From: Candidatus Latescibacterota bacterium
GTDB lineage: Bacteria > Latescibacterota > UBA2968 > GCA-2709665
Direction: 5' to 3'
Assembly: GCA_965222075.1 (NCBI GenBank)
Contig: OZ244937.1
Coordinates: 4,768,001-4,832,000 of the forward strand
Length of the DNA stretch: 64,000 bases
Shown: positions 1 to 9,358 of the stretch, one piece after another
Layout: the number at the start of each line of letters is the position of its first letter
How positions within the stretch are numbered: position 1 is the first letter of the stretch
The notes under the pieces: generated by a model
Told to the model about the DNA's origin: nothing
Database searches by the model: none
What the model saw: only the letters and a program-made list of their open reading frames with translations
Program-made: the position numbers and the translations under genes

Positions 1-325
1 CTGGGCTGACCTCAAGCGCACGGGCAACACAGGCCGCCAGATCGTACCGGACCGGTGTCCCCCCCCCATCCGCTGCAACGGCCGGACAAACACTCAAAAA
101 AATGCCCAACAGCCCCCGAAAGACCCCCTGCTGCATCCCTATACGTGAATTTTTACTACATGTGTAGATTTTTTGCAACGCATACATCCCCAGCACGCCT
201 GAACAGCCAAAACGTCCATACAGGCGTTCTAAATTAGTAACCCGATATAAAACAATAAAATGTTTCTAAAATACTCGGAGTATGTCGTGACAAAACTACC
301 TTTCATGCGAAATGTATGCCATATT

Positions 326-1345
326 TCACGCCCGGTCCGGTCCTTTCTCCACCTGCTCCGAAAGCCCTGCCCCGGATTCGTCGACAGGCCGTGGAATGCC
401 CGGCAGGAGGAGCAGAAACCCCAACAGCACCCAGAAAATCTTCCGGATCCGCCGGATGACCCCAACGGCCAGCCCCAGCCCGGAGCCCAGCCCCAGCAGG
501 TGAAAAAGAAAGACGTGGCCCCCTTCGAATACCCCGACCCCCGAGGGAATAAAGAAAAACGCCGTATTGATAATTACCGAGAGGGAACACAGCAAAAACG
601 CCGACACAAAGGGCAGAGGTTGGCCCAGCCACCGGAGGATAAAATAGACCTCCAGCGTCCCCAGCACCCAACTGAGGGAATGTAGCCCCAGCGAAATCAG
701 GAACCCCCTCCAATTTTGCCGGTAGAAAGCGGCGATGTTCCGGTCCATCTCCTCCACCTTCTGTCGCCGTCCTTCTAAGAAGGGCAGCCGAAGCCGCTTC
801 AGCAGATTGAGGATCCAGCCGAAGGCGTTCTGCCGCTGCTTCAACACCCCAGCCACAATGCCCAGGGTCGCCAGCAACAGCCCCACAGCCAGCCCCTTCT
901 GGACTGCCACCGGCAGGGAAAACTGTCGAACCGCCATTACAGCGCCCAGCAGGACAAAGCCCAGCCCGCTGATAAATTCCGTCGTCTTATTAATGACCAC
1001 CGACGGCAGCCCCCTGGTCACGGACACCTGCGCTCGCAGCATGTAGGCCTTGGCCACCTCTCCCGCCACAGAAACCGGCATCACCTGCCCCACCGCCTCT
1101 CCGCCCAGCTTGGTTCGAAACAGCGTCCAAAACCCCGACCGTTGCTCACCGCGCTGCCCAAAGCAGGCCGCCCACGCCCAGGTGTTGCTCAGGTTCCAGA
1201 GCAGCGAGATGCCCAGTACAGGGATATACCCCCATCCCATCGTCTGAACGTACGTCCAGACGTCCTCCACACCCACCCGGTAGAAGAGCAGGCCCAGCAG
1301 AAGGAGGCCCAGACTCCAGAACAGGACCCGGTGTTTCTGTTTCAT
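326..1345 (-). CDS. Lysylphosphatidylglycerol synthase TM-region / flippase-like membrane protein (UPF0104)
   Basis: Multi-TM ORF with GEVAKAYML and IPSGVGVFEGG motifs typical of the family; start placed at MKQKHR (ORF track starts at 1363). Confidence 0.8.
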   Translation of the reverse strand: MKQKHRVLFWSLGLLLLGLLFYRVGVEDVWTYVQTMGWGYIPVLGISLLWNLSNTWAWAACFGQRGEQRSGFWTLFRTKLGGEAVGQVMPVSVAGEVAKAYMLRAQVSVTRGLPSVVINKTTEFISGLGFVLLGAVMAVRQFSLPVAVQKGLAVGLLLATLGIVAGVLKQRQNAFGWILNLLKRLRLPFLEGRRQKVEEMDRNIAAFYRQNWRGFLISLGLHSLSWVLGTLEVYFILRWLGQPLPFVSAFLLCSLSVIINTAFFFIPSGVGVFEGGHVFLFHLLGLGSGLGLAVGVIRRIRKIFWVLLGFLLLLPGIPRPVDESGAGLSEQVEKGPDRA

Positions 1346-1366
1346 ACTTCCCATCCAGCGCATACA

Positions 1367-1399
1367 AAAAGGGCGACGGCTATGTTCCCGCGTCGCCCG
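1367..1399 (-). terminator. Probable intrinsic terminator after the TPR/PPIase gene
   Basis: GGGCGACG...CGTCGCCC hairpin with an A-run on its left (U-run on minus). Confidence 0.45.
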
Positions 1400-1437
1400 A
1401 CGGATCTTAGAAGCGACCTGAGAAACCTCTGTTTCAT

Positions 1438-3057
1438 TCAGTTGAGTCGCATGATAATATGGTACCCCACCGGGGTGCGCACAATCCCGCTGGTCTCCCC
1501 CACCTTCAGCTTTAAAACTGCCTCTTCAAAAACCAGATGCATGTCGCCTGGAGAGAAAAATCCCAAATTTCCTCCATCCGGCATATTGTACTCCCGGGCC
1601 AGTTCGATATAGTCCGCACCTGCCTTCAGCCTATCCAGAATCGCCTGGGCCTCGGCCTCTGTCTTCACCAAGATGTGCCGCGCCCGGAGCTTCCCTGCTT
1701 GAATCGACTCTAAGATCTCGAGGTTGTTTTGAGCGTCGCTCAACATCGCTGCATCCGAACTGAATTCCACGGCCTTCCGGTAGGCGGACCTTGCCCGCTC
1801 CAGATCATCCATAAGGTAGTAAACGTACCCAATATCACTGTAAAGCCTTGCATCTTTAGAAGCCACTTTCTGCGCCTCTTCATAAAGCTGAAGGCAGGTC
1901 TGGAACTCTGCCTTTGCACGCTCCAGATCCCCCCTCTCCTTGTAGATCTGTCCCAGCATAATCCGGAAAGCCGGTGCCTGGGGCGCCATCTTAACCACCT
2001 TCTCGTATTCCTGAAGCGCGGCATCCCATTTCTCCTGCCGCAGGTAAAGCTGTCCCAGGGCGTTTCGAACCTCTATATCCTCAGGGTTCAACTGCAGGGT
2101 CTTCTGCCAGGCCTGCTGGGCGATGTTCAGCGAGTCCACTTCCCAGGCCATAAATCCCATCGCCCGGTAGACCTGAGGATCCTCAGGGGCGACCAGCGCC
2201 CCCTGCTGGTAGGCCTGAAACGCCTCTTCGGTTTTTTCCATGCCGTGGTAAATGCCTCCCTTATGGACAAATAGCATGGCATTTCCGGGATCCTGCTTCA
2301 GCCCCCTGTCTAAGACCTCCAGCCCTGCCTCAAAATTTTGCATCGTCGCATGGATCAGTGCCAGACTCGAATAGGCGTCGATCGTTTCCGGCTGCTGTCG
2401 AATCGCCTCTTCTAAGTCGGCAATCGCCAGTTGGACCTTGCCGGTATTCCTGTAAACCATAGCGCGATCCATCAGCAAGGGTGGAAATTCGGGGTTTCGT
2501 TCCAGCCCCTCGTTCAGGACCTCCAGCCCCTCCTCAAGATTCTTGAGCGACACGTGGACCATCGCCAGACTCGAATAGGCGTCGGCGTTGTCCGGCTGCT
2601 GCCGAATCGCCTCTTCTAAGTCGGCAATCGCCAGATCGGGCCTGCGCATGTTCCTGTGGACCACGGCGCGGTCCATCAACAGGGGTGGAAATCCGGGATT
2701 CCGCTCCAGGCCTTCGTTTAAAACCTTCAGCGCCTCCTCGTTCTGCCCTATCCTGGCGTGGAGCACAGCCAAGGTGGTGTAGTTCTCCGCCCCGTCGGGC
2801 CTCAGATCGATCACCCTCCGAAACGCAGCCACCGCATCATCGATTCGCCCTATTTCTGCGTAGAGCGTTCCCAGAAGTCCATGCGCATCCACGCTGTCTG
2901 GATAGGCGTCCACAAAAGACCGGGCGATCGCCAGGGTAGAGTTGACCTGTGCCTGTCGATAGGTGGCCTCAATCTCTTTCACGTAGTCCCTGGCCGCCAC
3001 AGGCCTGCTCCACAACCCGATGGCAACACAAAAAAGCATAATCACGATCGATTTCAA
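1438..3057 (-). CDS. Exported TPR-repeat protein with C-terminal parvulin (PpiC-type) PPIase domain
   Basis: Signal peptide, about 11 TPRs, then ARHILVKT...GGNLGFF...IVRTPVGYHII; probable TTG start after GGAGGGA (track start 3102). Confidence 0.85.
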   Translation of the reverse strand: MKSIVIMLFCVAIGLWSRPVAARDYVKEIEATYRQAQVNSTLAIARSFVDAYPDSVDAHGLLGTLYAEIGRIDDAVAAFRRVIDLRPDGAENYTTLAVLHARIGQNEEALKVLNEGLERNPGFPPLLMDRAVVHRNMRRPDLAIADLEEAIRQQPDNADAYSSLAMVHVSLKNLEEGLEVLNEGLERNPEFPPLLMDRAMVYRNTGKVQLAIADLEEAIRQQPETIDAYSSLALIHATMQNFEAGLEVLDRGLKQDPGNAMLFVHKGGIYHGMEKTEEAFQAYQQGALVAPEDPQVYRAMGFMAWEVDSLNIAQQAWQKTLQLNPEDIEVRNALGQLYLRQEKWDAALQEYEKVVKMAPQAPAFRIMLGQIYKERGDLERAKAEFQTCLQLYEEAQKVASKDARLYSDIGYVYYLMDDLERARSAYRKAVEFSSDAAMLSDAQNNLEILESIQAGKLRARHILVKTEAEAQAILDRLKAGADYIELAREYNMPDGGNLGFFSPGDMHLVFEEAVLKLKVGETSGIVRTPVGYHIIMRLN

Positions 3058-3127
3058 GCTATTCCCTCCATCTCCTTCGGGTTTTCCCGAATACCTTGAC
3101 AAGCCACCCAGATCCCCGTATAATCCA

Positions 3128-3288
3128 ATTGCGGATTGTGGATCTCCACCCCGGACGATTGGCTAAGGCCTGCCTGCCGAGCATCCATCCGGCGCAGGCA
3201 GGTCTCCGGCGGGCTGGCGTCCGGCTCACCGGATCGTCTCCCCTCCCTGGAATGAAGGCCTTTAAATCCGCAGTCCGAAATCCGAAAT
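3128..3288. repeat. Composite intergenic repeat: heptamer inverted arms enclosing a CCTGCCTGC...GCAGGCAGG palindrome
   Basis: ATTGCGGATTGTGGAT (3128-3143) vs AAATCCGCAGTCCGAAATCCGAAAT (3264-3288); palindrome 3169-3202. Confidence 0.7.
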
Positions 3289-3303
3289 GTCCCGGACCCG
3301 CTT

Positions 3304-3933
3304 ATGACCCTCCTACAGCGCGACCTGATTCCCCTTTCAGCCATCCTGCTTGCCTTCACAGGATCCTACCTCGCCTACGACCATCTTCCGCCCCGCATCC
3401 CGGTCCACTGGGGAATCGACGGACGGATCGACAACTATTTCCACAAAAGGTTGGGCGTCTACCTCAACCCGGGGATGATGGCACTCGTTTATATCTTCTT
3501 CCGGCTGATCCCCTATGCAGATCGGCATCGGGTAAAACAACTCAGAGAGATCGGCATCTACAATCGCTTTCGGAATGCGGCCGTACTCCTCTTCGGCTAT
3601 GTCCACCTCTTGGGCCTCGGCATCGGCCTCCGCTGGGCCAGCCCCGAGGCGAATCTCCTCATCGGCGGTGCCTCCCTGCTGGTCCTGTTTGTCGGCGACT
3701 ACATGCAAACGGTTCAACCCTCCAGGCTCGACCGCCTGCTGTACCGCACCGGCATCGCCCCCTCCGCTGCTGCGCGTCACCGCATCTGCCGCAGTTTCAC
3801 ACTCGCAGGACTCTGTGGACTTATCGGCACCCTCACCGGACGGGTCCAGGCCCTCTGGCTGCTGCTCCCCCTCCTCACCGGCCTGTTCTATACCCGCCTC
3901 CGCTTCCCGGCAGACAAAGGGCCTGCCTCGTGA
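3304..3933 (+). CDS. DUF1648 / SdpI-like membrane protein
   Basis: N-terminal LPPRIPVHWGIDGRID motif and several TM helices. Confidence 0.75.
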   Translation: MTLLQRDLIPLSAILLAFTGSYLAYDHLPPRIPVHWGIDGRIDNYFHKRLGVYLNPGMMALVYIFFRLIPYADRHRVKQLREIGIYNRFRNAAVLLFGYVHLLGLGIGLRWASPEANLLIGGASLLVLFVGDYMQTVQPSRLDRLLYRTGIAPSAAARHRICRSFTLAGLCGLIGTLTGRVQALWLLLPLLTGLFYTRLRFPADKGPAS

Positions 3934-4817
3934 AGGTCCTCAACGAACGCTTAACCCTCAGCGCCGGCAGCCTGGCCCTTTTAACCGCAGTTCTCTGGGG
4001 AGGCAATTCCGTCGCCATCAAACTCGCCCTGGCCGGCATGCCGCCCCTCGCCCTGGCCGGTGCCCGGTTTCTCCTGGGCGGCTTAACCGTGCTTACCTGG
4101 GCGGTCTTGATCCGGATCCCTCTCCGTCTAAAAGCCGGCGAGAGGCGAGGCCTCTTTCAGCTGGTCTTCCTCTTTATCGCCCAGATCTACCTCCTCAACG
4201 CAGGCACCCACTCCACCCTGGCCAGCCGCTCCACGGTTTTCATCTCCACCTATCCCTTCTTCATAGCCCTCTTTGCTCACCTCTTCCTCCCTGGAGACCG
4301 CTTCAGCCGCCTCAAAATCATCGGCATGGTCCTTTCATTCGCCGGCGTGGTCCTCATCTTTGCCGAAAGCCTCGCCCTGGGTGAACTCGGCCACCTTCCC
4401 GGAGACCTGATGGTCCTGATCAGCGGCCTTCTCCTCGGCGCGCGGCAGGTCTATACCAAACGGCTCACGCAGGGCATCCACCCCGCCAAGCTCCTCCTCT
4501 GGCAGGCAACCCTCAGCCTGCCCGTCTTCGCCCTCCTCAGCGCCCTCCTGGAAGGAGGGACCTCCTATCGCTTTACCCCAGCCGTCGTGGGCGCCATCCT
4601 CTATCAGGGGCTCATCATCGCCGGATTCTGTTTCCTTGTCGCAACCACCCTGCTGCGCCGGTACAGGGCCAGCCGGCTGGGCGTATTCGGCTTTGTCACT
4701 CCCGCCTTCGGCGTCCTGTTGAGCAACCTCCTCTTAGGCGAAAGCCTCTCTCCCGGCCTCCTGGCCAGTATGCTCCTCGTCGGCGCCGGCATCGCCATTG
4801 TCAACAGTGAAACGTGA
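3930..4817 (+). CDS. DMT superfamily (EamA) transporter
   Basis: Ten-TM EamA pattern (LWGGN, PLALAGARF, GESLS); GTG start overlaps the upstream TGA (GTGA). Confidence 0.85.
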   Translation: MKVLNERLTLSAGSLALLTAVLWGGNSVAIKLALAGMPPLALAGARFLLGGLTVLTWAVLIRIPLRLKAGERRGLFQLVFLFIAQIYLLNAGTHSTLASRSTVFISTYPFFIALFAHLFLPGDRFSRLKIIGMVLSFAGVVLIFAESLALGELGHLPGDLMVLISGLLLGARQVYTKRLTQGIHPAKLLLWQATLSLPVFALLSALLEGGTSYRFTPAVVGAILYQGLIIAGFCFLVATTLLRRYRASRLGVFGFVTPAFGVLLSNLLLGESLSPGLLASMLLVGAGIAIVNSET

Positions 4818-4974
4818 AACAGGGATGGGAGACGATTCGGTTTTCTGAGACATCACACGCCCGTAAACGTGGAGGATGGGAGCACTGTCGCTATCGCGAA
4901 GCCCTCTGGGATACCCGAGACACCTCCGCCGGGGCCTTTCAACGGGCCAAATTCGCAAAATTTTCACCTCTCCC

Positions 4975-6318
4975 CTACCCCTCCCCTACCATCACAAACG
5001 CCACATCCGCCACATTGGTTCCCGTCGGCCCGGTCATCACCAAGTCGTCTAAGGGTTTGAAAAAGTGGTAGGCATCGTTGTTCTTCAGATACTCCCCGGC
5101 GGACAGGCCCATCCCCGCTGCGCGGGCAATCGTATTGCCGTCGGCCACGGCCCCCGCCGCATCCGTGGGCCCGTCGGTGCCGTCGGTCCCCCCGCTGAAG
5201 AGCACCACACCCTCCCATCCCGAAAGTTGAATCGCCCCGGCCAGCGCCAACTCCTGGTTTCGTCCGCCCTTCCCCTCTCCCCGCACCTTCACCGTGGTTT
5301 CCCCACCAGCAATCACACAGGCCGGCGGTGCAATCGGCCTCTTCGACATTGCGATCTCCTTGGCAATCGCGGAGTATACGTGCACCACCTCCCGGGCCTC
5401 CCCCTCCACGCGGGTCGAAAGCACAAGCGATTGGTATCCCAGCTTCACCGCACGCTCTTGGGCGGCCGCAACCGCCAGTCCGTTGCTCCCCACCACCAAG
5501 TTCTGGCACCGCGCGAGGGCCTCATCCCCCGGTTTGGGCGTATCGGGAACATCGCCGTGCACGCCCGCTTCAAAACGCTCTCGAACCGCCTCAGGCACCC
5601 GATCCACAAGCTCGTATTTCCCCAGGGTTTCCATACAGGTCTGAAAGGTCGATGTGTCCGGCACAGTCGGCCCCGAAGCAATCACATCCAGCGGGTCCCC
5701 GATCACATCCGAAAGCATCAGCGTAGCCACCCTTGCCGGAAACGCCTTCCGCGCCAGCCCGCCCCCCTTCACCTGCGAGAGGTGCTTTCGAATCGCGTTC
5801 AACTCCACGATGTTCGCCCCGCACCCCAGCAGCAACCGCGTGGTCTCCTGCTTCTCCTCCAGTGAAATCCCCTCCGAAGGCGCTGGCATCAGCGCCGACC
5901 CTCCACCAGAAATCAGGCAGATGACCAGCGTCCGGTCGTCCGTGCCCCCCAGCAGCTCCAGAATCTGTCCGGTGCCCGCCACGCCCGCCTCGTCGGGCAC
6001 CGGATGCCCGCATTCTACAAGGGTAATTCGCTCCAGGGGTTCCAAATGGCCGTACTTGGTATTCACGATCCCCCCCTCCAGCCGGTCTCCCAGAACGCCT
6101 TCCAGCGCCACCCCCATCCGGGGCGAGGCCTTTCCTGTGCCTACCGCCAGCACCCGGTCGAACCCCACCAGGTCGTAGGTCTGGTCCCCAATCCGAAGGG
6201 CGTCCCCCTCTAACTTCACAAACCGGCGCACACACTGTTCCGCATCCACCGCCGCCACTGCGGCCTCAAAAATCGACACCGCATCCATCCGCATCTTCGC
6301 AACCGTGTATCGGCTCAT
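4975..6318 (-). CDS. Glycerate 2-kinase (TtuD/GckA, MOFRL family)
   Basis: GKAS, GHPVPD, LISGGGSAL, SDVIGD, GGETTV, GGRNQE, GTDGTDG and TGTNVAD motifs. Confidence 0.93.
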   Translation of the reverse strand: MSRYTVAKMRMDAVSIFEAAVAAVDAEQCVRRFVKLEGDALRIGDQTYDLVGFDRVLAVGTGKASPRMGVALEGVLGDRLEGGIVNTKYGHLEPLERITLVECGHPVPDEAGVAGTGQILELLGGTDDRTLVICLISGGGSALMPAPSEGISLEEKQETTRLLLGCGANIVELNAIRKHLSQVKGGGLARKAFPARVATLMLSDVIGDPLDVIASGPTVPDTSTFQTCMETLGKYELVDRVPEAVRERFEAGVHGDVPDTPKPGDEALARCQNLVVGSNGLAVAAAQERAVKLGYQSLVLSTRVEGEAREVVHVYSAIAKEIAMSKRPIAPPACVIAGGETTVKVRGEGKGGRNQELALAGAIQLSGWEGVVLFSGGTDGTDGPTDAAGAVADGNTIARAAGMGLSAGEYLKNNDAYHFFKPLDDLVMTGPTGTNVADVAFVMVGEG

Positions 6319-6453
6319 CTCGAACGCTCCTCAAACGCAAAAAACCGGTCCGCCTGCTCCGGCGCCGATGCCTTCTTATGCGGGTCTATTTGGCCAGAGC
6401 ACGGCCGTCCCATCCCCGCCAGCTGTCCTTCGATAATCCAGTGTGAGTCACGT

Positions 6454-8817
6454 CTATTCCCGAATTGTAAACGTCGTGGTAACCATGGCGTTCTCGCCGC
6501 TGTTCTCGTCGCCAACGTGGACCTTCAAAAGCTGGACGCCCGGCTCGGAACCGGACATATCCAGTTCCAGATATCCCCGTTCGTCCGAATCGACACCTGT
6601 CTGCTCGTACTCGATGGTAATCGTGCCCTCCTCTTCACGCTTGCCCATCAGCTTGCCCAGCCCCCTCAGAATACGGGCTCCGATCGACTTCTTTTCCAAA
6701 GACCGCACCTCGTAGGAAACCCGATACCGGGTGGTCCCGAATTCATCCCGTTTCAGATTGTAAATCTCGTAATAGATAAAAATCGGCTGCCCCGGCAGAT
6801 AGGCCCGGGACGCCAGGGGCACCACGGCGATATCCTCCTTCAAAAACCGCCCCCTGTCCGCCACTTCAATCGACGCGGCCAGTTCGATATCGCTCAGTTT
6901 GAGACCGCTGTCCCCATACGGTTGCAGCAGCCGGTCCTGCTTGTAAACCTGTGACTTCCCGGAAACACGATCCAGCACCTGCACTGCCAGCCGGTAGTTT
7001 CCCGGGGGCAGCGCAACACGATCCATTTCCGGAATAAAAGTACCGGCCGAGGTATCCACAACCCCTTTACCACGCAGAACCATATCCTGGCTTGCCCGAT
7101 GCACCGGCCGGTTGGCCTCGTCGTAGACCGCCACCCCCCGCACCAGGCGGGCCACCGACCCGCCCTCCTCTCCTGCCACATAGGCCAGATTCCCGGTTGG
7201 AATACCGTAGTAGATCTCCAGCGCCGTTTCTCCCGCTTCTCCCTTAAATGCGGCCGAATAAAAGAAAAAATTCAGCGGTCCTGTGGCAAAATCGGGCCGG
7301 TAGGTACTTGGCGTCCGGGCCGCCGCCCGCTGCACCTGAACCTGTGGGTGCATCTCCCGCCAGATCCGGGCGATATCACCCATCCCCATCGGCATACCCA
7401 CATAATCGTAAGGACCAGGATAATTTCGCTGTACAAAAGTCACCTCGATTCCCGATCCCACACCCGCGTAGATCCAGTACTCCCAGATCCCGTCCACGGG
7501 ATAAACCGGCCATCCCAGAATGGCCGATCCGGCCACCTGCTCCCGCGCTTTGCCCATCGCCCTGTTCTGCTCCTGTCGCAGCTCCCCTCGCATGCTTTTC
7601 ATACTTGCGACAACCTGTGCCTGCCGGTCCCGGGCCAGGAGGGCCCCGGCCTTGCCTGCCCGGGCAATCAGCCGCTCTTTGACGGCCACCACCCGGCCGT
7701 CCCGTTCCAGGCGGATATCCTTCGACCGGCTCACATGGTCCGGGTTTCCATAGCGGATGTACACCTCGCCCCGGGCATCCCAGGGGAACACATACGTCCC
7801 AAAATGCTCCCGCGCAAAAGCCAGGCGGCGGTAGTGCTCCAGCAGCCGTTCATTCGCTCCGGTCACCGGTGCCGGATCCCGACCGGCCCAGAAAGCTTCG
7901 CTCAGCCCCTTCCACGCCTCGGGGGAAGCCGCCTGGAACTGCTCCAGCGTTTCCCCCCCGGCCGCCAGACTCAGGTCATAATAAAGCGCCTGCTCCTTCG
8001 TCTCCAGCCCCGCAACATAGGCCTCGAACAGCGCCTGAGAACGGTCGTACTCCCGCCGCCTCTGATACACCTGGGCCAGCTCCAGCAACGCCCGCCGCTG
8101 GTAGGGGCTTGGCGCGGCCACCACCCCCTCCAGCAATCCGACCGACTCGTCCGTCCGGTACATAAACTTCAGAACAATGCCCAGGTGAAGCCGCGCCCCA
8201 AAATGGTCCGGATTTGCCTCGATCTGCTCCCGGTAGGCCGATGTCGCCTTCTCGTAATCCGTTTTTCTTTCGTGAATAAGCCCGATCTGGAAAGACGCGT
8301 CGGGGTGCTTCGGGTCGATCTTCAAAACATCTTTATAGGCTTCCAGGGTCTCACTGCTGCCGAACCGCTGGTAGGTCTGTGCTAAGTTGTACTGCGCCTC
8401 GGCGTAGGTCTTATCGGCCCGCATCGCATCCCGGAAGTATCGGATTGCGCGCCGCAATTCGTTCTTTTTCTCCCGGTAAACCAGTCCCATGCCGTTGAAA
8501 GCCGGCGCGTACTTCTTCCGCTTGCGCAGCGCCTGTTTGAAAGCCTTCTCCGCGCCCTTCAGATCGCCCTGTTTCAAAGCGACACGTCCCAGGCCCACAT
8601 AAGAAGGAGCGTGCCTGTCATCAATCTGGATCGCCGCCTGAAACCGCCCGGCCGCCTCATCCAGCCGCCCGGAGCCCAGCAGTTCCGTAGCCTCTTTGTA
8701 AAGCGCCTCGACCCTGGCCGCATCTTCGGGGCTCACCCCTTTTGCATAGACCTCTCCTGCGTAGAAAACCAGGCAGACCAGAAAGTATGGCAGCGCCCGT
8801 ATCAGCACGGCAATCAT
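6454..8817 (-). CDS. Exported TPR protein with GWxTD-type domain
   Basis: Signal peptide, TPRs, FWAGRDPAPVTGANERLLEHYRR and WDARGEVYIRYGNPD, beta-rich C-terminus; start at MIAVL (track start 8868). Confidence 0.8.
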   Translation of the reverse strand: MIAVLIRALPYFLVCLVFYAGEVYAKGVSPEDAARVEALYKEATELLGSGRLDEAAGRFQAAIQIDDRHAPSYVGLGRVALKQGDLKGAEKAFKQALRKRKKYAPAFNGMGLVYREKKNELRRAIRYFRDAMRADKTYAEAQYNLAQTYQRFGSSETLEAYKDVLKIDPKHPDASFQIGLIHERKTDYEKATSAYREQIEANPDHFGARLHLGIVLKFMYRTDESVGLLEGVVAAPSPYQRRALLELAQVYQRRREYDRSQALFEAYVAGLETKEQALYYDLSLAAGGETLEQFQAASPEAWKGLSEAFWAGRDPAPVTGANERLLEHYRRLAFAREHFGTYVFPWDARGEVYIRYGNPDHVSRSKDIRLERDGRVVAVKERLIARAGKAGALLARDRQAQVVASMKSMRGELRQEQNRAMGKAREQVAGSAILGWPVYPVDGIWEYWIYAGVGSGIEVTFVQRNYPGPYDYVGMPMGMGDIARIWREMHPQVQVQRAAARTPSTYRPDFATGPLNFFFYSAAFKGEAGETALEIYYGIPTGNLAYVAGEEGGSVARLVRGVAVYDEANRPVHRASQDMVLRGKGVVDTSAGTFIPEMDRVALPPGNYRLAVQVLDRVSGKSQVYKQDRLLQPYGDSGLKLSDIELAASIEVADRGRFLKEDIAVVPLASRAYLPGQPIFIYYEIYNLKRDEFGTTRYRVSYEVRSLEKKSIGARILRGLGKLMGKREEEGTITIEYEQTGVDSDERGYLELDMSGSEPGVQLLKVHVGDENSGENAMVTTTFTIRE

Positions 8818-9024
8818 CCCCTCATAACAGGCCTCGGGATCGGTTCGCAAAACGCCGTAATGATACACAAATCCTATTTAAAACACAAGCGTCAGGATCG
8901 ATAAAAATCGGCTCGCATCCACTGTGGACGCCCACTACAGGTCCCCCGCGAAGGCCATCCCCTGCCGGTCCACTCCTTTGCTGGTCCAGGTTCATAGCCC
9001 ATCTTCATTAAAAAATAATATAAC

Positions 9025-9180
9025 AAAAGCGGCACCGGCGCCGCAAGGTCCGACTTTATCCTGTGCCGTGCCCAGCAGGCCCGGGACCTGCCTGAGTTGG
9101 CGGATTACCTGACCGATGTCCCCCGGGAGGTCAACAGCGGCTGCAGCAGGCCACCCGCTCTGCGGGTGGTCGTTGATTCC
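9025..9180 (-). ncRNA. Candidate structured RNA / orphan IS200-IS605-type end (HEARO-like 5' part)
   Basis: TCAAC/GTTGA pairing around hairpin CCACCCGC-AGA-GCGGGTGG, second hairpin 9075-9091, terminal GC hairpin plus U4. Confidence 0.3.
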
Positions 9181-9188
9181 GGTTTTTT

Positions 9189-9223
9189 AAAAAAAGGGTG
9201 GATTCCTTTTCAGAAATCCACCC
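9189..9223 (-). terminator. Intrinsic terminator of the small-gene operon
   Basis: GGGTGGATT/AATCCACCC stem followed by U7 on minus. Confidence 0.7.
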
Positions 9224-9358
9224 CGTTGCACCTTCCAGCACGCCATCAGCGTCGCTTCTCTTCCCCCTCTCCCCCTCGGTTCGGTGAAAAGATTCGGACG
9301 ACTTACGGCTGGCCGAAAGGCGCGGGCCCTTTCTCTTGAACTTGAAAATTTTCTGTAA

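Noticed and set aside
59-69. C9 tract (G-run after an ATG on minus) as a phase-variation site
   Set aside because: No supportable gene at the window edge.
3096-3929. N-terminal 278 aa of the 573-aa ORF
   Set aside because: Pro/Arg-rich shadow frame overlapping the DUF1648 gene; the EamA gene starts at 3930.
7099-8385. Long antisense ORFs (428 aa here; also 14616-15701 and 44279-45370)
   Set aside because: Shadow frames of GC-rich genes with no motifs.
9060-9150. SRP RNA, TPP or cobalamin riboswitch (CCTGACC, GACCTGCC fragments)
   Set aside because: Core motifs (GGAAGGAAGCAG, CTGAGA, AGGGAA box) are absent.
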